From an uncultured Rikenellaceae bacterium (GTDB lineage Bacteria > Bacteroidota > Bacteroidia > Bacteroidales > VadinHA17), in contig CAYXSM010000011.1 of the NCBI GenBank assembly GCA_964466705.1, forward strand, positions 48,193-112,192: 64,000 nt of DNA. The letters run 5' to 3'. The position numbers were made by a program, and so were the translations under genes. The number at the start of each line of letters is the position of its first letter. Positions within the stretch are counted from its first letter, which is position 1. Shown one piece after another: positions 20,040 through 29,619 of this stretch. Below the pieces are notes generated by a model, which saw only the letters and a program-made list of their open reading frames with translations, was not told the origin of the DNA and ran no database searches.

Positions 20040-22331
20040 TCATCTGACAGGTGTAATTTCAATCAGGCAGACATCCTTCTGATCCAGAGTAATATCTATG
20101 TTGATTTGATTATCTGAATAATCTGACAACGGTTTTCTTCCGTTTTCATCGGTAACATGGATGATTCCTGAAGCCGGCAGGCTGTAATATTCAGGATCCA
20201 TATAAAAGACTATTCTCACAGGCTTTTCACTGATATTTGCCAGTGCAATTCCAACGTCATTGTCATCAGCCAGCCATGTTCCGCTATAAAGAATGGGGAA
20301 TCTGCCTCTGAAAGCCGTAACACTTTCACCCTGTTTGCCTGCATATATGGACAGGCGTGAGATATCAAACTCTTCTTCGGGTGATTTGATATCAGGGCTT
20401 CTCATGAATTTACCATAAAGAAGATATTTAAGTCCCTTATTCCTTACGTGTGCAAGTTTCATCAGATATTCAATTTCGTCCTTTCTTTCTCCGGCAAGAA
20501 AACCCTGATAATTTGAGATTGTTGGTTGCAAACCCCACACGAAAGACCTTGCCTGCTCCATCATAAATTGTTTGTTAAAGCTTTTGTCGAGCATTTCCAG
20601 TGGTTTATCAGGAGCATATTCTTCAGGCCAGAGTTCATCGTAGGGAGGCACCAGCAACGATGAATAATTACCATAGGTTATTGCGAACTGATGGTAAACA
20701 GCCTGGAAGAACGGGATGGTCTCCCATAAGCCAGGGCCTGCATATCTTTCTTTGCTTACTGCAAGAGTCAGGAATGCATCCAGATATGGCATCCACGCTT
20801 CTCCTGCTCCTTCTCCTGCAAGGACCAGTTGTTTATCACCGGGTATTTTTGATCTTATCTGCTCTGAAAGGTTTACGAAGTTCTCAAACCAGTAGTTGCC
20901 ATGACCAACCGGATGTCCGTGATTTTTATCATAACAGGTTAGTGCAAGGCAAGCCTGGTCCATATATATGCCACTTGCGTTATATGTATTTACCGCACTG
21001 TCGCTCAGGGACGCATACTTGTCTTTCCAGAACTGCGTTCCAAGGCACATCGAAGCAGTGGCTTTGTTTGTGAATATGTTGTAAACATGTGTGTTTATCT
21101 TACCATCAGGATTCTTTACAGCATAGATTGCAGCATTTTCATTTTCCCAGCTTTCTGTTGTAGTACCCCAGAGGCGCTGATTCATATAGACGATTGACCT
21201 GATCCCTTTTTTCTTAGCCTCAGATATTGCAGATACAAAAGATCCTTTTCCTTCCCTGGGGGGGACGTATTCGGGAAATCCGTCATCATATGAACAGCCG
21301 TGCCACCAGTGCCAGAAAACGCTTACAGGTAATGCCAGCCTTCTTTTCAGATCTGCTGCAGGAATGAGGACGTTTCCTGACCTTCCCCTGTTCCATATCC
21401 ATAATGCGGTGTTTTCAAGCCACTCAGGAGTCAGTTCATTCTTCAGCCTGCTGAGTCTTGCCCATCGTTGCCCGGATCCCCATTCCCTGTAAATTTCAGC
21501 AGCGCTTACCCAGTCACCTTTAAAAGAACCGATCACTCCCGAGTACGGAAGTCTGCAGGAACTTTGTGAGGTGTTCAATGAAGGGAAATTGTGCATTCTG
21601 TAGGTCAGAGTATTTAAGGTGTCGAGGGTCAGAGAGAAATTTTTTATATATACAAGTGAATCATTTGAGGCAGCGTAAAATCCGCAACTGTCAGGATTAT
21701 ATAATGCAAGGCACTGTAGTGAAAGCCCCGGATATGTCCACTCAAATTTTCTTATATCATTTTTTGCAAATGCCAGATGATTCCGTGGATTTCTCATGAT
21801 CTCTCCCATCCAATGAGGAACTGCAAGATACTCTTCTCCGTTATCTTTCAGTCCGGATATCCTTGGGAATATTATCTGCCTTATCCGTATATTTTTATAA
21901 TTTGATACTGATATTTCCCAATTCGACAAAGGCTTGTTTCGCTTAAGTGAAACGGAGGCTTCTATTATCATATTCCTGAGATCAGGATCCCGGAATCTTT
22001 TCCATCTTAAAACGAGTGTCAGCGGGTCAGGCCTGGAAAAGCTGAACTTGTATGCATCACCGGCGTTTATATGTATTTCTTCTTCATCCCGTAAAAATTC
22101 AATTTCCCATGGCGATCCCGGGACAACTCGTTCGTCAAGAAAGTCATATAGATAAGTCATATCACCAAAACATGTAACTGAGCCGGTTTTTTTGTCAAAA
22201 CCCAGCCTGATCTTTCCGTTATCGATACAAATTTCCCGGTTTTCAGTTTTGCTGCTGCAACATGTTAAGATACTGATGTAAACGGCAGTAGCGACTGCTA
22301 ATGAAGTAATTAAGATCCTTCTGTTCTTCAT
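20040..22331 (-). CDS. Large exported lipoprotein, glycoside-hydrolase-like (possibly DUF6259-type); function unknown
   Basis: 763 aa with lipobox ILTCC. The central region (VFWHWWHGCSYDDGFPEY, IVYMNQRLW, GIYMDQAC, LAGEGAGE) looks like a TIM-barrel glycosidase core. The family assignment is from memory only. Confidence 0.4.
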   Translation of the reverse strand: MKNRRILITSLAVATAVYISILTCCSSKTENREICIDNGKIRLGFDKKTGSVTCFGDMTYLYDFLDERVVPGSPWEIEFLRDEEEIHINAGDAYKFSFSRPDPLTLVLRWKRFRDPDLRNMIIEASVSLKRNKPLSNWEISVSNYKNIRIRQIIFPRISGLKDNGEEYLAVPHWMGEIMRNPRNHLAFAKNDIRKFEWTYPGLSLQCLALYNPDSCGFYAASNDSLVYIKNFSLTLDTLNTLTYRMHNFPSLNTSQSSCRLPYSGVIGSFKGDWVSAAEIYREWGSGQRWARLSRLKNELTPEWLENTALWIWNRGRSGNVLIPAADLKRRLALPVSVFWHWWHGCSYDDGFPEYVPPREGKGSFVSAISEAKKKGIRSIVYMNQRLWGTTTESWENENAAIYAVKNPDGKINTHVYNIFTNKATASMCLGTQFWKDKYASLSDSAVNTYNASGIYMDQACLALTCYDKNHGHPVGHGNYWFENFVNLSEQIRSKIPGDKQLVLAGEGAGEAWMPYLDAFLTLAVSKERYAGPGLWETIPFFQAVYHQFAITYGNYSSLLVPPYDELWPEEYAPDKPLEMLDKSFNKQFMMEQARSFVWGLQPTISNYQGFLAGERKDEIEYLMKLAHVRNKGLKYLLYGKFMRSPDIKSPEEEFDISRLSIYAGKQGESVTAFRGRFPILYSGTWLADDNDVGIALANISEKPVRIVFYMDPEYYSLPASGIIHVTDENGRKPLSDYSDNQINIDITLDQKDVCLIEITPVR

Positions 22332-22641
22332 TTGATTATGCTTGTTTATTGTTTGCTAACATACTTTTGTCCTGTTTCCTTCATAAAAGAGAAGGGTGAG
22401 ATATGCAATTCAATTATTCGGAACAAATGGTTGCAATGATATTTTTCACGAAGTACTTTTCAGGTTTATATCTTTGATAATGGTTCTGTTTTCTGTGTGA
22501 TATAATATCTTTTTCAACTCATTAATCCGATTAAAATGAAAAAACAGGGCAGGAGAGGAGCCCTTCGTCCGCCGAGATTCACCAGGAAATGAATGCAGTT
22601 GAAAATCGATATCATTATGCTGCCTTTGAGAGTCAGTCCGG

Positions 22642-23928
22642 TCACTTTTGCCTGATCTGCTTTTTATATAATTCATTTCTCCAGTAGTCAAGGTGATATA
22701 CTGGTCCGTCGGCATTCCAGATCTTTGAAACGATGTCGGGGTCGCCATCCTGGTCCACATCTCCGACCCTGGCATCGTGCCATCCGGGATTGCCTTCATG
22801 AATTACAAAGATCTCGAAGACGGGATCCTTTCCACCCTGATTATACCAAATTATACCTCTGGGTTTTAATCCTGCTGGTTTCATCGCCACTTTCCCCTCT
22901 GCTTCCATGTATGTATCAGGATCTTCCTGTTCTCCTGCAAAAATATCCGGATGTCCGTCACCATTAAAATCTGCAACAGCCAGGGAATGGAACGATCCTG
23001 TTCCGGGAACATTTCCTGGTCCGGCGGGTGGGTCAGGCAGCTGATGTGATACCCATTTTTTGCCTTTACCCCTGTTCTCAACCCAATAAACATGTGAGCC
23101 TCCCGTGTCGCAGTGACTGTAAACTATATCATTTTCGCCGTCTTTGTTAATGTCAGTAACCCATGCCCTTATGCTTCTGCCATAAGAGGCATTCGGAATT
23201 GGTTCAAAAGGCCATTCAAACCTTTGCCAGTTCACTGAACAGTCACCGGGGCTGGCAAACCAGTAACCCGGAATTACAACATCTGTGTCATTATCTCCGT
23301 CAATATCTCCGAAACCGTGGGGTGCCATGCCCCCATGGTCGTCATATCCGGAACTGATAATTATCTCCTTTAACCGGTCAGAGGCATTGTACCAGGCAAT
23401 TTTATTGCCATCGTAGACAAGAATGTCGTTCTGACCATTGGCATCAACATCAACAGTTGCTGCGTCATGACCTCCAAATTTCACAAAATACGATTTCCAA
23501 GGAGTGTCAGGATATTCATTCAGAACACCGGGATTTCTGAACCAGACGCCCTGGAATACCACATCATCCCATCCGTCGTTATCAATATCAATAACCGTTG
23601 TTCCCAGGGTATTCTCAAGAGGATCTGCATAACCTATAAGATGCGGTATCCAAATGGAATCATTAAGTCTTTCATACCAGTAAGCCGACTTTGTGTTTCT
23701 TCTTGAGATAGCTACATCCAGATCTCCGTCATGATCAAAATCAGCAAGTGCAGGGCCCCCTGTTCCCCACGAAGAACCTGGAAGCACCGGATCTATACTG
23801 AAATGCTTCCAGTCTGGATATATTCTACCCTGTGAAAAAGATTCACTGATGAAAGACATACCTAGAGCGATAACAATCACTAAATTAAGGTATCCTGAAA
23901 TATGTGGTGATCTTTTCATAATATGCAT
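22642..23928 (-). CDS. Exported FG-GAP/VCBS-repeat beta-propeller protein
   Basis: Signal peptide and repeated DxDxDGxxD blades (DFDHDGDLDV, DIDNDGWDDV, DVDANGQNDI, DIDGDNDTDV, DINKDGENDI, DFNGDGHPDI, DVDQDGDPDI). Confidence 0.7.
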   Translation of the reverse strand: MHIMKRSPHISGYLNLVIVIALGMSFISESFSQGRIYPDWKHFSIDPVLPGSSWGTGGPALADFDHDGDLDVAISRRNTKSAYWYERLNDSIWIPHLIGYADPLENTLGTTVIDIDNDGWDDVVFQGVWFRNPGVLNEYPDTPWKSYFVKFGGHDAATVDVDANGQNDILVYDGNKIAWYNASDRLKEIIISSGYDDHGGMAPHGFGDIDGDNDTDVVIPGYWFASPGDCSVNWQRFEWPFEPIPNASYGRSIRAWVTDINKDGENDIVYSHCDTGGSHVYWVENRGKGKKWVSHQLPDPPAGPGNVPGTGSFHSLAVADFNGDGHPDIFAGEQEDPDTYMEAEGKVAMKPAGLKPRGIIWYNQGGKDPVFEIFVIHEGNPGWHDARVGDVDQDGDPDIVSKIWNADGPVYHLDYWRNELYKKQIRQK

Positions 23929-24280
23929 AAGTTGATTTAAGATAGGCGCTGATAATTGATTTTCTGATTTAGCCGAACTTATAAGGTATCATGTAAAGCT
24001 AAGATTATTCCATAAATGAGAGACTCTCCTGTCAGTCAATAATAGGTCATTTAACAAACGGGGCATAATGCTTATGTGTTAAATCTTCAGTATCGCTTCC
24101 GCTTCCTGATTTCATTATCATTATAATTATTATGTTTTACCATATTATTGGGGTAATCCAGCGAAAATGCTTCCTGTTGCATCTTTCCGCATCAATTGAT
24201 CCCTGATACACTGGTAGCATGCATTCAAGTCAGATGACCCGGCTGCCTAAGGATGATATTATGTTCAGGCAGGTCTGATT

Positions 24281-25750
24281 CTACCCTTTTTTTGCAATCC
24301 TGGTCAGGATCAGGCCGGTAAGGACAGTAACCATTGCTCCTATCAGTGTGTACCATGTCCAGGCGATCGATGTGAAGATAATGATGTAAATCATAACTGC
24401 AATACCGGTCAGAAAAGCAGGAATAGCCTGTCTGATCAGTGGCTTTTTGAAAAGGACCCCCAGAATAAAAGTACCCAGCAATCCCCCGTATGTAAATGAG
24501 GCAATGGACAGGGCCAGCTCAACAACCACCTGGGAGCTCTTCATAAAAGAGATGGCTGATCCCACAAGTAATAGGCACCATATTCCTGTTATCAGTCTTG
24601 AGATCATCACCTCGTTAGCCTGATTCAGCTTTTTGTAATACGGCATGACATAGTCATACATAGTGGTTGATCCCAGTGCTGTAATAGAGCTTGACAGAGT
24701 TGACATTGCTGCAGCGAAGAGGGCAGCAATAATAAATCCGGACAGACCTGTCGGCATTTCCTCAATAATGAATTTCGGGAATATCTCATCGGACCTGATA
24801 TCGGCTCCACCGTAGAATACGAACAGCAGTGTACCGAGGAACAGAAACAGGGCAAACTGAGCTATAATAATTCCTCCTGTTGTTATCAGTGCTTTCCGGC
24901 TGGCTTTCAGTGAACCTGTTGCAAGAAGCCTCTGTATAATCAGCTGGTCTATCCCATGTGATGCCATCGAAAGGAATGCTCCCCCCAGTATGCTGGCAAC
25001 AAAGGTGTAGGGTGTTGAAAAGAATCCCTTTAATCCTCCTGTAAATGAGAAATTGAACACATGATATTTGCCTGCTTCGGCTGCTTTGTCAATTCCGCCC
25101 GGCATTCCGCCTGTTAACTCACCGCTGACGATGACTATTGCAGCAACTGCTCCGGTAATATAAATAAACAGCTGCACCATTTCCATCCACACGACAGATT
25201 TTAATCCACCCAGGAATGTGTAACTGTAGGTTACAAGTGCAATTATGATTATTGACCAGATGTATATCCAATCGGTTGAATAGCTTTCGGCAATTAGTGT
25301 TCCCTGAAGTATAAGGGCAAGGGGTATGGCAGTTGCAAAAAGCCTTACACCGTCAGCGGCCAGCCTGGTCAACATGAAAACACCTGAAGCCAGATTTTTC
25401 ATCGGCGTGCCGAACCGGTTTGCGAGAAATGTATATGCTGTACCCAGTTCGCCCTTGAAGTATGAAGGCAATATGATCCATGCCACAATAATCCTTCCAA
25501 GGAAATAGCCAATCGTTATCTGAAGGAAATTGAGATTTGTAAGATATGCCAGCCCGGGAATACTTATGAAGGTCAGTGTACTGGTTTCTGTGGCGACTAT
25601 CGAAAAGCACACTACCCACCAGGGGATCTTACGCCCTCCGAGAAAGTAATCCTTGGTTGAAGTCTGTTTACCCGCAAGCTTGATTCCGAATAATGTAATG
25701 CCGGCCAGATATACAATGACAATTATTGTGTCAATAAATGTAAAATTCAT
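24281..25750 (-). CDS. Sodium:solute symporter family (SSF) transporter
   Basis: 489 aa with about 13 hydrophobic segments. The SSF-like N-terminal region reads DYFLGGRKIPWWVVCFSIVATETSTLTFISIPG. Confidence 0.85.
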   Translation of the reverse strand: MNFTFIDTIIVIVYLAGITLFGIKLAGKQTSTKDYFLGGRKIPWWVVCFSIVATETSTLTFISIPGLAYLTNLNFLQITIGYFLGRIIVAWIILPSYFKGELGTAYTFLANRFGTPMKNLASGVFMLTRLAADGVRLFATAIPLALILQGTLIAESYSTDWIYIWSIIIIALVTYSYTFLGGLKSVVWMEMVQLFIYITGAVAAIVIVSGELTGGMPGGIDKAAEAGKYHVFNFSFTGGLKGFFSTPYTFVASILGGAFLSMASHGIDQLIIQRLLATGSLKASRKALITTGGIIIAQFALFLFLGTLLFVFYGGADIRSDEIFPKFIIEEMPTGLSGFIIAALFAAAMSTLSSSITALGSTTMYDYVMPYYKKLNQANEVMISRLITGIWCLLLVGSAISFMKSSQVVVELALSIASFTYGGLLGTFILGVLFKKPLIRQAIPAFLTGIAVMIYIIIFTSIAWTWYTLIGAMVTVLTGLILTRIAKKG

Positions 25751-25987
25751 ATTGGCGTCAGTGTTGGTTTATAAATAGAACGGTTTATTGTGGTTTAGTT
25801 TTGTTGGTGACAATAACTGGATTTTCAATATAAAGCTTACGGGGTGATTTCCGTAGATATATCAGATGTAATGTCAAAGCTTTACCGGAGGAAAGATCAG
25901 GACACCGTGGTCTGAGTCCGGCTTGCCTGAATATCCATTTAATAAAACAGGTCTGAAAAAATGGTGGAGGGAGTAGCGCCATTCTCT

Positions 25988-27715
25988 TCAATTTATCTGA
26001 TGCCCTTTAACCAGATCACCAGGTATTGAAACCAACGTAATTCCGCCTGACCAACCAAGGTTGCCGGAATACTGCTTGTCCCTGCTGTTATTCCAGTGTT
26101 CGTGAACACCCAGGCTGGGGAGAGGTTTTCCGCTGTTATCCGGATCATATATTATTCCCTCCGGCCAGTTTTTTGAATCGGCAGCCTGATGAAGGTAATC
26201 ATCCACTCCCAGCATATTTGGGAACGTTTCCATGGCATTATTTGCCGGATCGTGGGTATGGATACCGTTCCATTCTGCCCTCAGGAAATCAAAACAAACC
26301 GACTCCAGCGCAACCTGGTCCTGCGAAATGAATATTGACGAACTCCAGTCATTATTAAAAGGTTCCATAAAGTATCTGACAGGGCCTTTGGTCTCATCGG
26401 AACCTCCGCCGAATAAACCATCGACGATGCAAAGCATTGTATTACGCCCAAGATAACGGCTTCCCATCAAATCAACCATAACCCGGTATTTATTATAACC
26501 CCCGTTGCTGGGTTTGCCAACCTCCCTTGGATATTCCTCCCATGAGGGAGCAATGTTTGAATAGTGTAAATGGGCAGCCGAAGGTCTTCCCTGAGATCCG
26601 AAGTGGTTCTTGGCCGTGAGGGTTATTCCTGCAGAGCCATGAGGCTTCAGACTGGCCACATTAATCATGTAATCTGCATTTTCCGCTACATCGTATAGTT
26701 TATCGGTCAGTTTTTTATCGGAATAAAAGATGAGATCGTTTGCAGTTTGCTTTATAAGTGTCCGGCCATGCATTTCCGATGTTCTGTCAATATATTTAAT
26801 ATCAGGAAATTCTGAATGCCATATATCGTAATTGTGGCCGAAAACATGCGTCTGCGGATCCCCGATATATATATCTTCCTGCCTGACTCCGGCTTCAATA
26901 ACAAGTTCTCTCAGCAACTCCAGTACAATATAGGGTGATGTTTCTGTAGCTCCCATTCTTCTCGCTCTCCGTTCCTGTCCTGGTTTGAGTGTTTTCGGCA
27001 GGTAATATCCGCTGGCTTTTTCATCCCGGTTTATCACCCACGATGCTGTTCCCTGATTTATCTTGATATGAATTTTTTCTCCCGCTGTATATCCCTTGTC
27101 CTTCTGATGTTTTCTGAGGTTATGATAACGAAAGAGTGCGTCCCACGACTGCCTCAGATCAGGTTTCCCTGTCAGCTTCAGTATGGATTCCGAAAACATG
27201 TTACTTATTATTTCCTGGTCAGCGTTGGCAGGATTGAAGTACCAGTCGGCATTTTCAAAAACATTTCTGCAGTTTTCGTTGGTAGCATCAGGGTTCCATG
27301 CCCATATGACCCTGCCGGGATTTATTCCGCCCGGTACCCCTGCCGGCATGTTGGGACCGTCCTGAGGTCCGGGGAAATTATTTTGCATTGCAGAGGTTAC
27401 TGACTGGTCGCTTACCAGATTTATACTAAGCAGTATCAGAGCAAGGACAGTAAGGGAGAAAGCTGCCAGATACCTTGCTGCGGCCAGGTTCTTAACTGCC
27501 TTTTTAAAAGATAAAACAAGCCCTCCAAGTGAGAGGAGATAGATTACTAATCCCGACATAAATGGTGCAGCAACTCTCATGCATGGATAACCTGCACGGG
27601 AGGGTTTGGGAATGACCCTGATAAGGAACCAGATTGCTGAGATTACACCCGTGACAAGAAAAACAATTTTAGGACTTATACGCAGGCCATTAAGCCATGT
27701 TTTAATTCTTTTCAT
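25988..27715 (-). CDS. Membrane-anchored DUF362-like protein
   Basis: 575 aa. N-terminus has 3 hydrophobic helices and a KPSRAGYPCMR motif. Core LKPHGSAGITLTAKNHFG resembles the DUF362 signature. Confidence 0.5.
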   Translation of the reverse strand: MKRIKTWLNGLRISPKIVFLVTGVISAIWFLIRVIPKPSRAGYPCMRVAAPFMSGLVIYLLSLGGLVLSFKKAVKNLAAARYLAAFSLTVLALILLSINLVSDQSVTSAMQNNFPGPQDGPNMPAGVPGGINPGRVIWAWNPDATNENCRNVFENADWYFNPANADQEIISNMFSESILKLTGKPDLRQSWDALFRYHNLRKHQKDKGYTAGEKIHIKINQGTASWVINRDEKASGYYLPKTLKPGQERRARRMGATETSPYIVLELLRELVIEAGVRQEDIYIGDPQTHVFGHNYDIWHSEFPDIKYIDRTSEMHGRTLIKQTANDLIFYSDKKLTDKLYDVAENADYMINVASLKPHGSAGITLTAKNHFGSQGRPSAAHLHYSNIAPSWEEYPREVGKPSNGGYNKYRVMVDLMGSRYLGRNTMLCIVDGLFGGGSDETKGPVRYFMEPFNNDWSSSIFISQDQVALESVCFDFLRAEWNGIHTHDPANNAMETFPNMLGVDDYLHQAADSKNWPEGIIYDPDNSGKPLPSLGVHEHWNNSRDKQYSGNLGWSGGITLVSIPGDLVKGHQIN

Positions 27716-27793
27716 TTCATCATTGAATCTTGGCTTATTGATTGATTTGTTCTAATTTTTAATTCCTTTTACCGGTGTAAACCAAAAGAGGTA

Positions 27794-28249
27794 CTATAGC
27801 CGGTAAGCCTGACGCGCAAGGAGCTTCCATTTCCCATCCTGTTTCTGCCAGATCAGAACATTGCCGATACTCAGGCTACCGGGAGCTCCATTACTTGTAA
27901 AATCAGCCGAATATATATGCCTTACCACAGCGGTCTCCCCCGAAACCATAATAGTCTGACCGGCCAGGTCGATAGAAAGGTAATCATTAGGTTGCAGGCT
28001 GACGATCTCTTCAATGCATTCCGCCTTGTTCTGCACCTTACCACCCGAGTGACCGTAAATAAGCTTGTCCGCGAAAATACTTTCAAGCAACTCCCTGTCG
28101 GCATTGATGATAGCTGTTTTAAACTGTTCTACTGCTGCGGCAACAGCTTTTTCCTCTTCTGCCAGATCTGCTACAGTAACTGACTTATCTGAAGTGCAGG
28201 CAGATATGGAAAAAATAATGATACTTAATGTGACAAAGATTTTTTTCAT
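27794..28249 (-). CDS. NTF2-fold (DUF4440/SnoaL-like) lipoprotein
   Basis: 151 aa with lipobox ISACT. Length and pattern (...LIYGHSGG...IWQKQDGKWKLLARQ) are typical of DUF4440. Confidence 0.6.
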   Translation of the reverse strand: MKKIFVTLSIIIFSISACTSDKSVTVADLAEEEKAVAAAVEQFKTAIINADRELLESIFADKLIYGHSGGKVQNKAECIEEIVSLQPNDYLSIDLAGQTIMVSGETAVVRHIYSADFTSNGAPGSLSIGNVLIWQKQDGKWKLLARQAYRL

Positions 28250-28470
28250 GCGTTAATGATTTTATTTTAAATGATCGTATGCCCGTCTGACCCGTCGGGC
28301 AGGGAACCATCATGTTTAAATGACAATTATTATTATTTGTATTTGTTTTGTTAAAACATTGAGGTTTCAGATGAACTTATTCAATATTTGACCAGGATAA
28401 CCTGTCACAAACAAAGCCTGTAATGTTTATTTGTAACCGGTAAAGTGTCCTGTGTACTAAAAATCAGTTT

Positions 28471-29394
28471 TTACCAGGTCCTTTTCTTCATAAATTCATC
28501 AACCTGTGCTCTGGTAAGTTGCTGCAGTTCGGGATTCTGTTTAAGCCATTTCATGAAGTCTTCAATTATGGCATTCGTCCACTGACTGTCTATCTGGCCT
28601 GCATTATAAACACCCTGTTTGAGTCTTTCATGACTGAATTTATCTCTCAGGGCAATGAACTCACATGTGGTAATAACCAGTTCCACCATATGGGCAGGGA
28701 TAAAGAGAACCCCACCGCTTTCAGTGATCACCAGGTCACCCGGAAGGACAACAGCCGAACCAATACGTGCCGGTGTGTTCAGTCCGGCCAGGATAACATT
28801 TTTCAGATATGACGGGTGGAAACCACGCACGTATGCATTGAATCCTTCAATAGCGGCAAGTCCCTGCATGTCTCTTGCACCACCGTCGAATACTACCCCT
28901 GTACCGGTTCTGTTAAATATTGCATTTCCCAGGTTATCTCCGATAAGTGTTCCTTCATCAATTTTACCGAAGCAATCAACAACATATACATCATCTTTCT
29001 GAAGGACGGAAATCGGCCATGAATTGGATGCGCCGTTAAACCCCGATTTATGTCCCCTTTCGGTTATGTTCCTGACAAGGTCCGGACGACTGGGTATGAA
29101 CACTGCTGTTACGGCCCTGCCCACAACAGGGACGTCTCCGCCTGAGGTTTTCCAGTTTCCTTCATACTGGTTTGTATAACCTTCATTGTTTAAAACTGTC
29201 CAGGCCTCTTCAATCCCTACTTTCCTTGCTCTGTTCAGAAGGTCGTCCGGTATTTTTGGCCGTCCGTCAGCAAAACGCTCTCCCTTCCACTCTGATGTAA
29301 GGAAGACAAGTTCTTCTTTTGAGATGGTTTGTGAAATAGCTAACTGGAGGCAGAATACGCCCAGCAAAAAGAGGAGGATAAATTTCTGTTTCAT
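28471..29394 (-). CDS. Exported RraA-family (RraA/HMG-aldolase fold) protein with N-terminal extension
   Basis: Cleavable signal peptide MKQKFILLFLLGVFCLQLAISQ. RraA-like core reads GTLIGDNLGNAIFNRTGTGVVFDGGARDMQGL...GFNAYVRGFHPS. Confidence 0.65.
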   Translation of the reverse strand: MKQKFILLFLLGVFCLQLAISQTISKEELVFLTSEWKGERFADGRPKIPDDLLNRARKVGIEEAWTVLNNEGYTNQYEGNWKTSGGDVPVVGRAVTAVFIPSRPDLVRNITERGHKSGFNGASNSWPISVLQKDDVYVVDCFGKIDEGTLIGDNLGNAIFNRTGTGVVFDGGARDMQGLAAIEGFNAYVRGFHPSYLKNVILAGLNTPARIGSAVVLPGDLVITESGGVLFIPAHMVELVITTCEFIALRDKFSHERLKQGVYNAGQIDSQWTNAIIEDFMKWLKQNPELQQLTRAQVDEFMKKRTW

Positions 29395-29586
29395 TTTTTA
29401 TTGCTTTTTAAATTAAGTTTCAAAAGTGTCCGGCTAAAATAGTTAAAGAAGCATTGTTCTCCAAAGATTTTTTCTTTTTGATGATGAATTGAGTTGCGGA
29501 AAGATTTTTACCTTGCTGTACAGCTTGTTTTGGATTCGAACCCGGGTCCTGATTATACACTGTTTTCCAACATGCCGGCTTTCCTG

Positions 29587-29619
29587 TTGCAAGACCACCG
29601 GATCGCCAGATTGCAAGAC
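29587..29619. repeat. Direct repeat of TTGCAAGAC (29587-29595 and 29611-29619, period 24 nt)
   Basis: Read directly from the sequence. Lies 21-53 nt downstream of the FG-GAP gene stop in a 245-nt intergenic gap. Function unknown. Confidence 0.5.

Noticed and set aside
22446-22799. 117-aa minus-strand ORF overlapping the 3' end of the FG-GAP gene
   Set aside because: It is out of frame with a strongly supported gene for half its length, and the remainder is AT-rich intergenic sequence. No motif is present.
25785-25991. 68-aa basic ORF in the gap between the DUF362-like and SSF genes
   Set aside because: It has a TTG start, Arg/Pro/Lys-rich low-complexity composition, no recognisable motif and no hydrophobic segment. 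It is probably non-coding UTR or promoter DNA.
28289-28312. Hairpin TGCCCG(n10)CGGGCA as a possible terminator
   Set aside because: It has only a 6-bp stem with a 10-nt loop and no U-tract in either orientation. It sits about 40 nt upstream of the NTF2-like gene start, so it is not convincing as a terminator or regulatory element.
29521-29600. Possible minus-strand tRNA gene, suggested by GGGTTCGAATCC (complement of 29532-29543)
   Set aside because: The T-stem would pair only 2 of 5 positions (CCGGG versus CCAAA). There is no complementary 7-bp acceptor stem, and the best anticodon-arm candidate has 2 mismatches in 5 bp. I could not build a cloverleaf by hand, so I kept it only as a low-interest observation.
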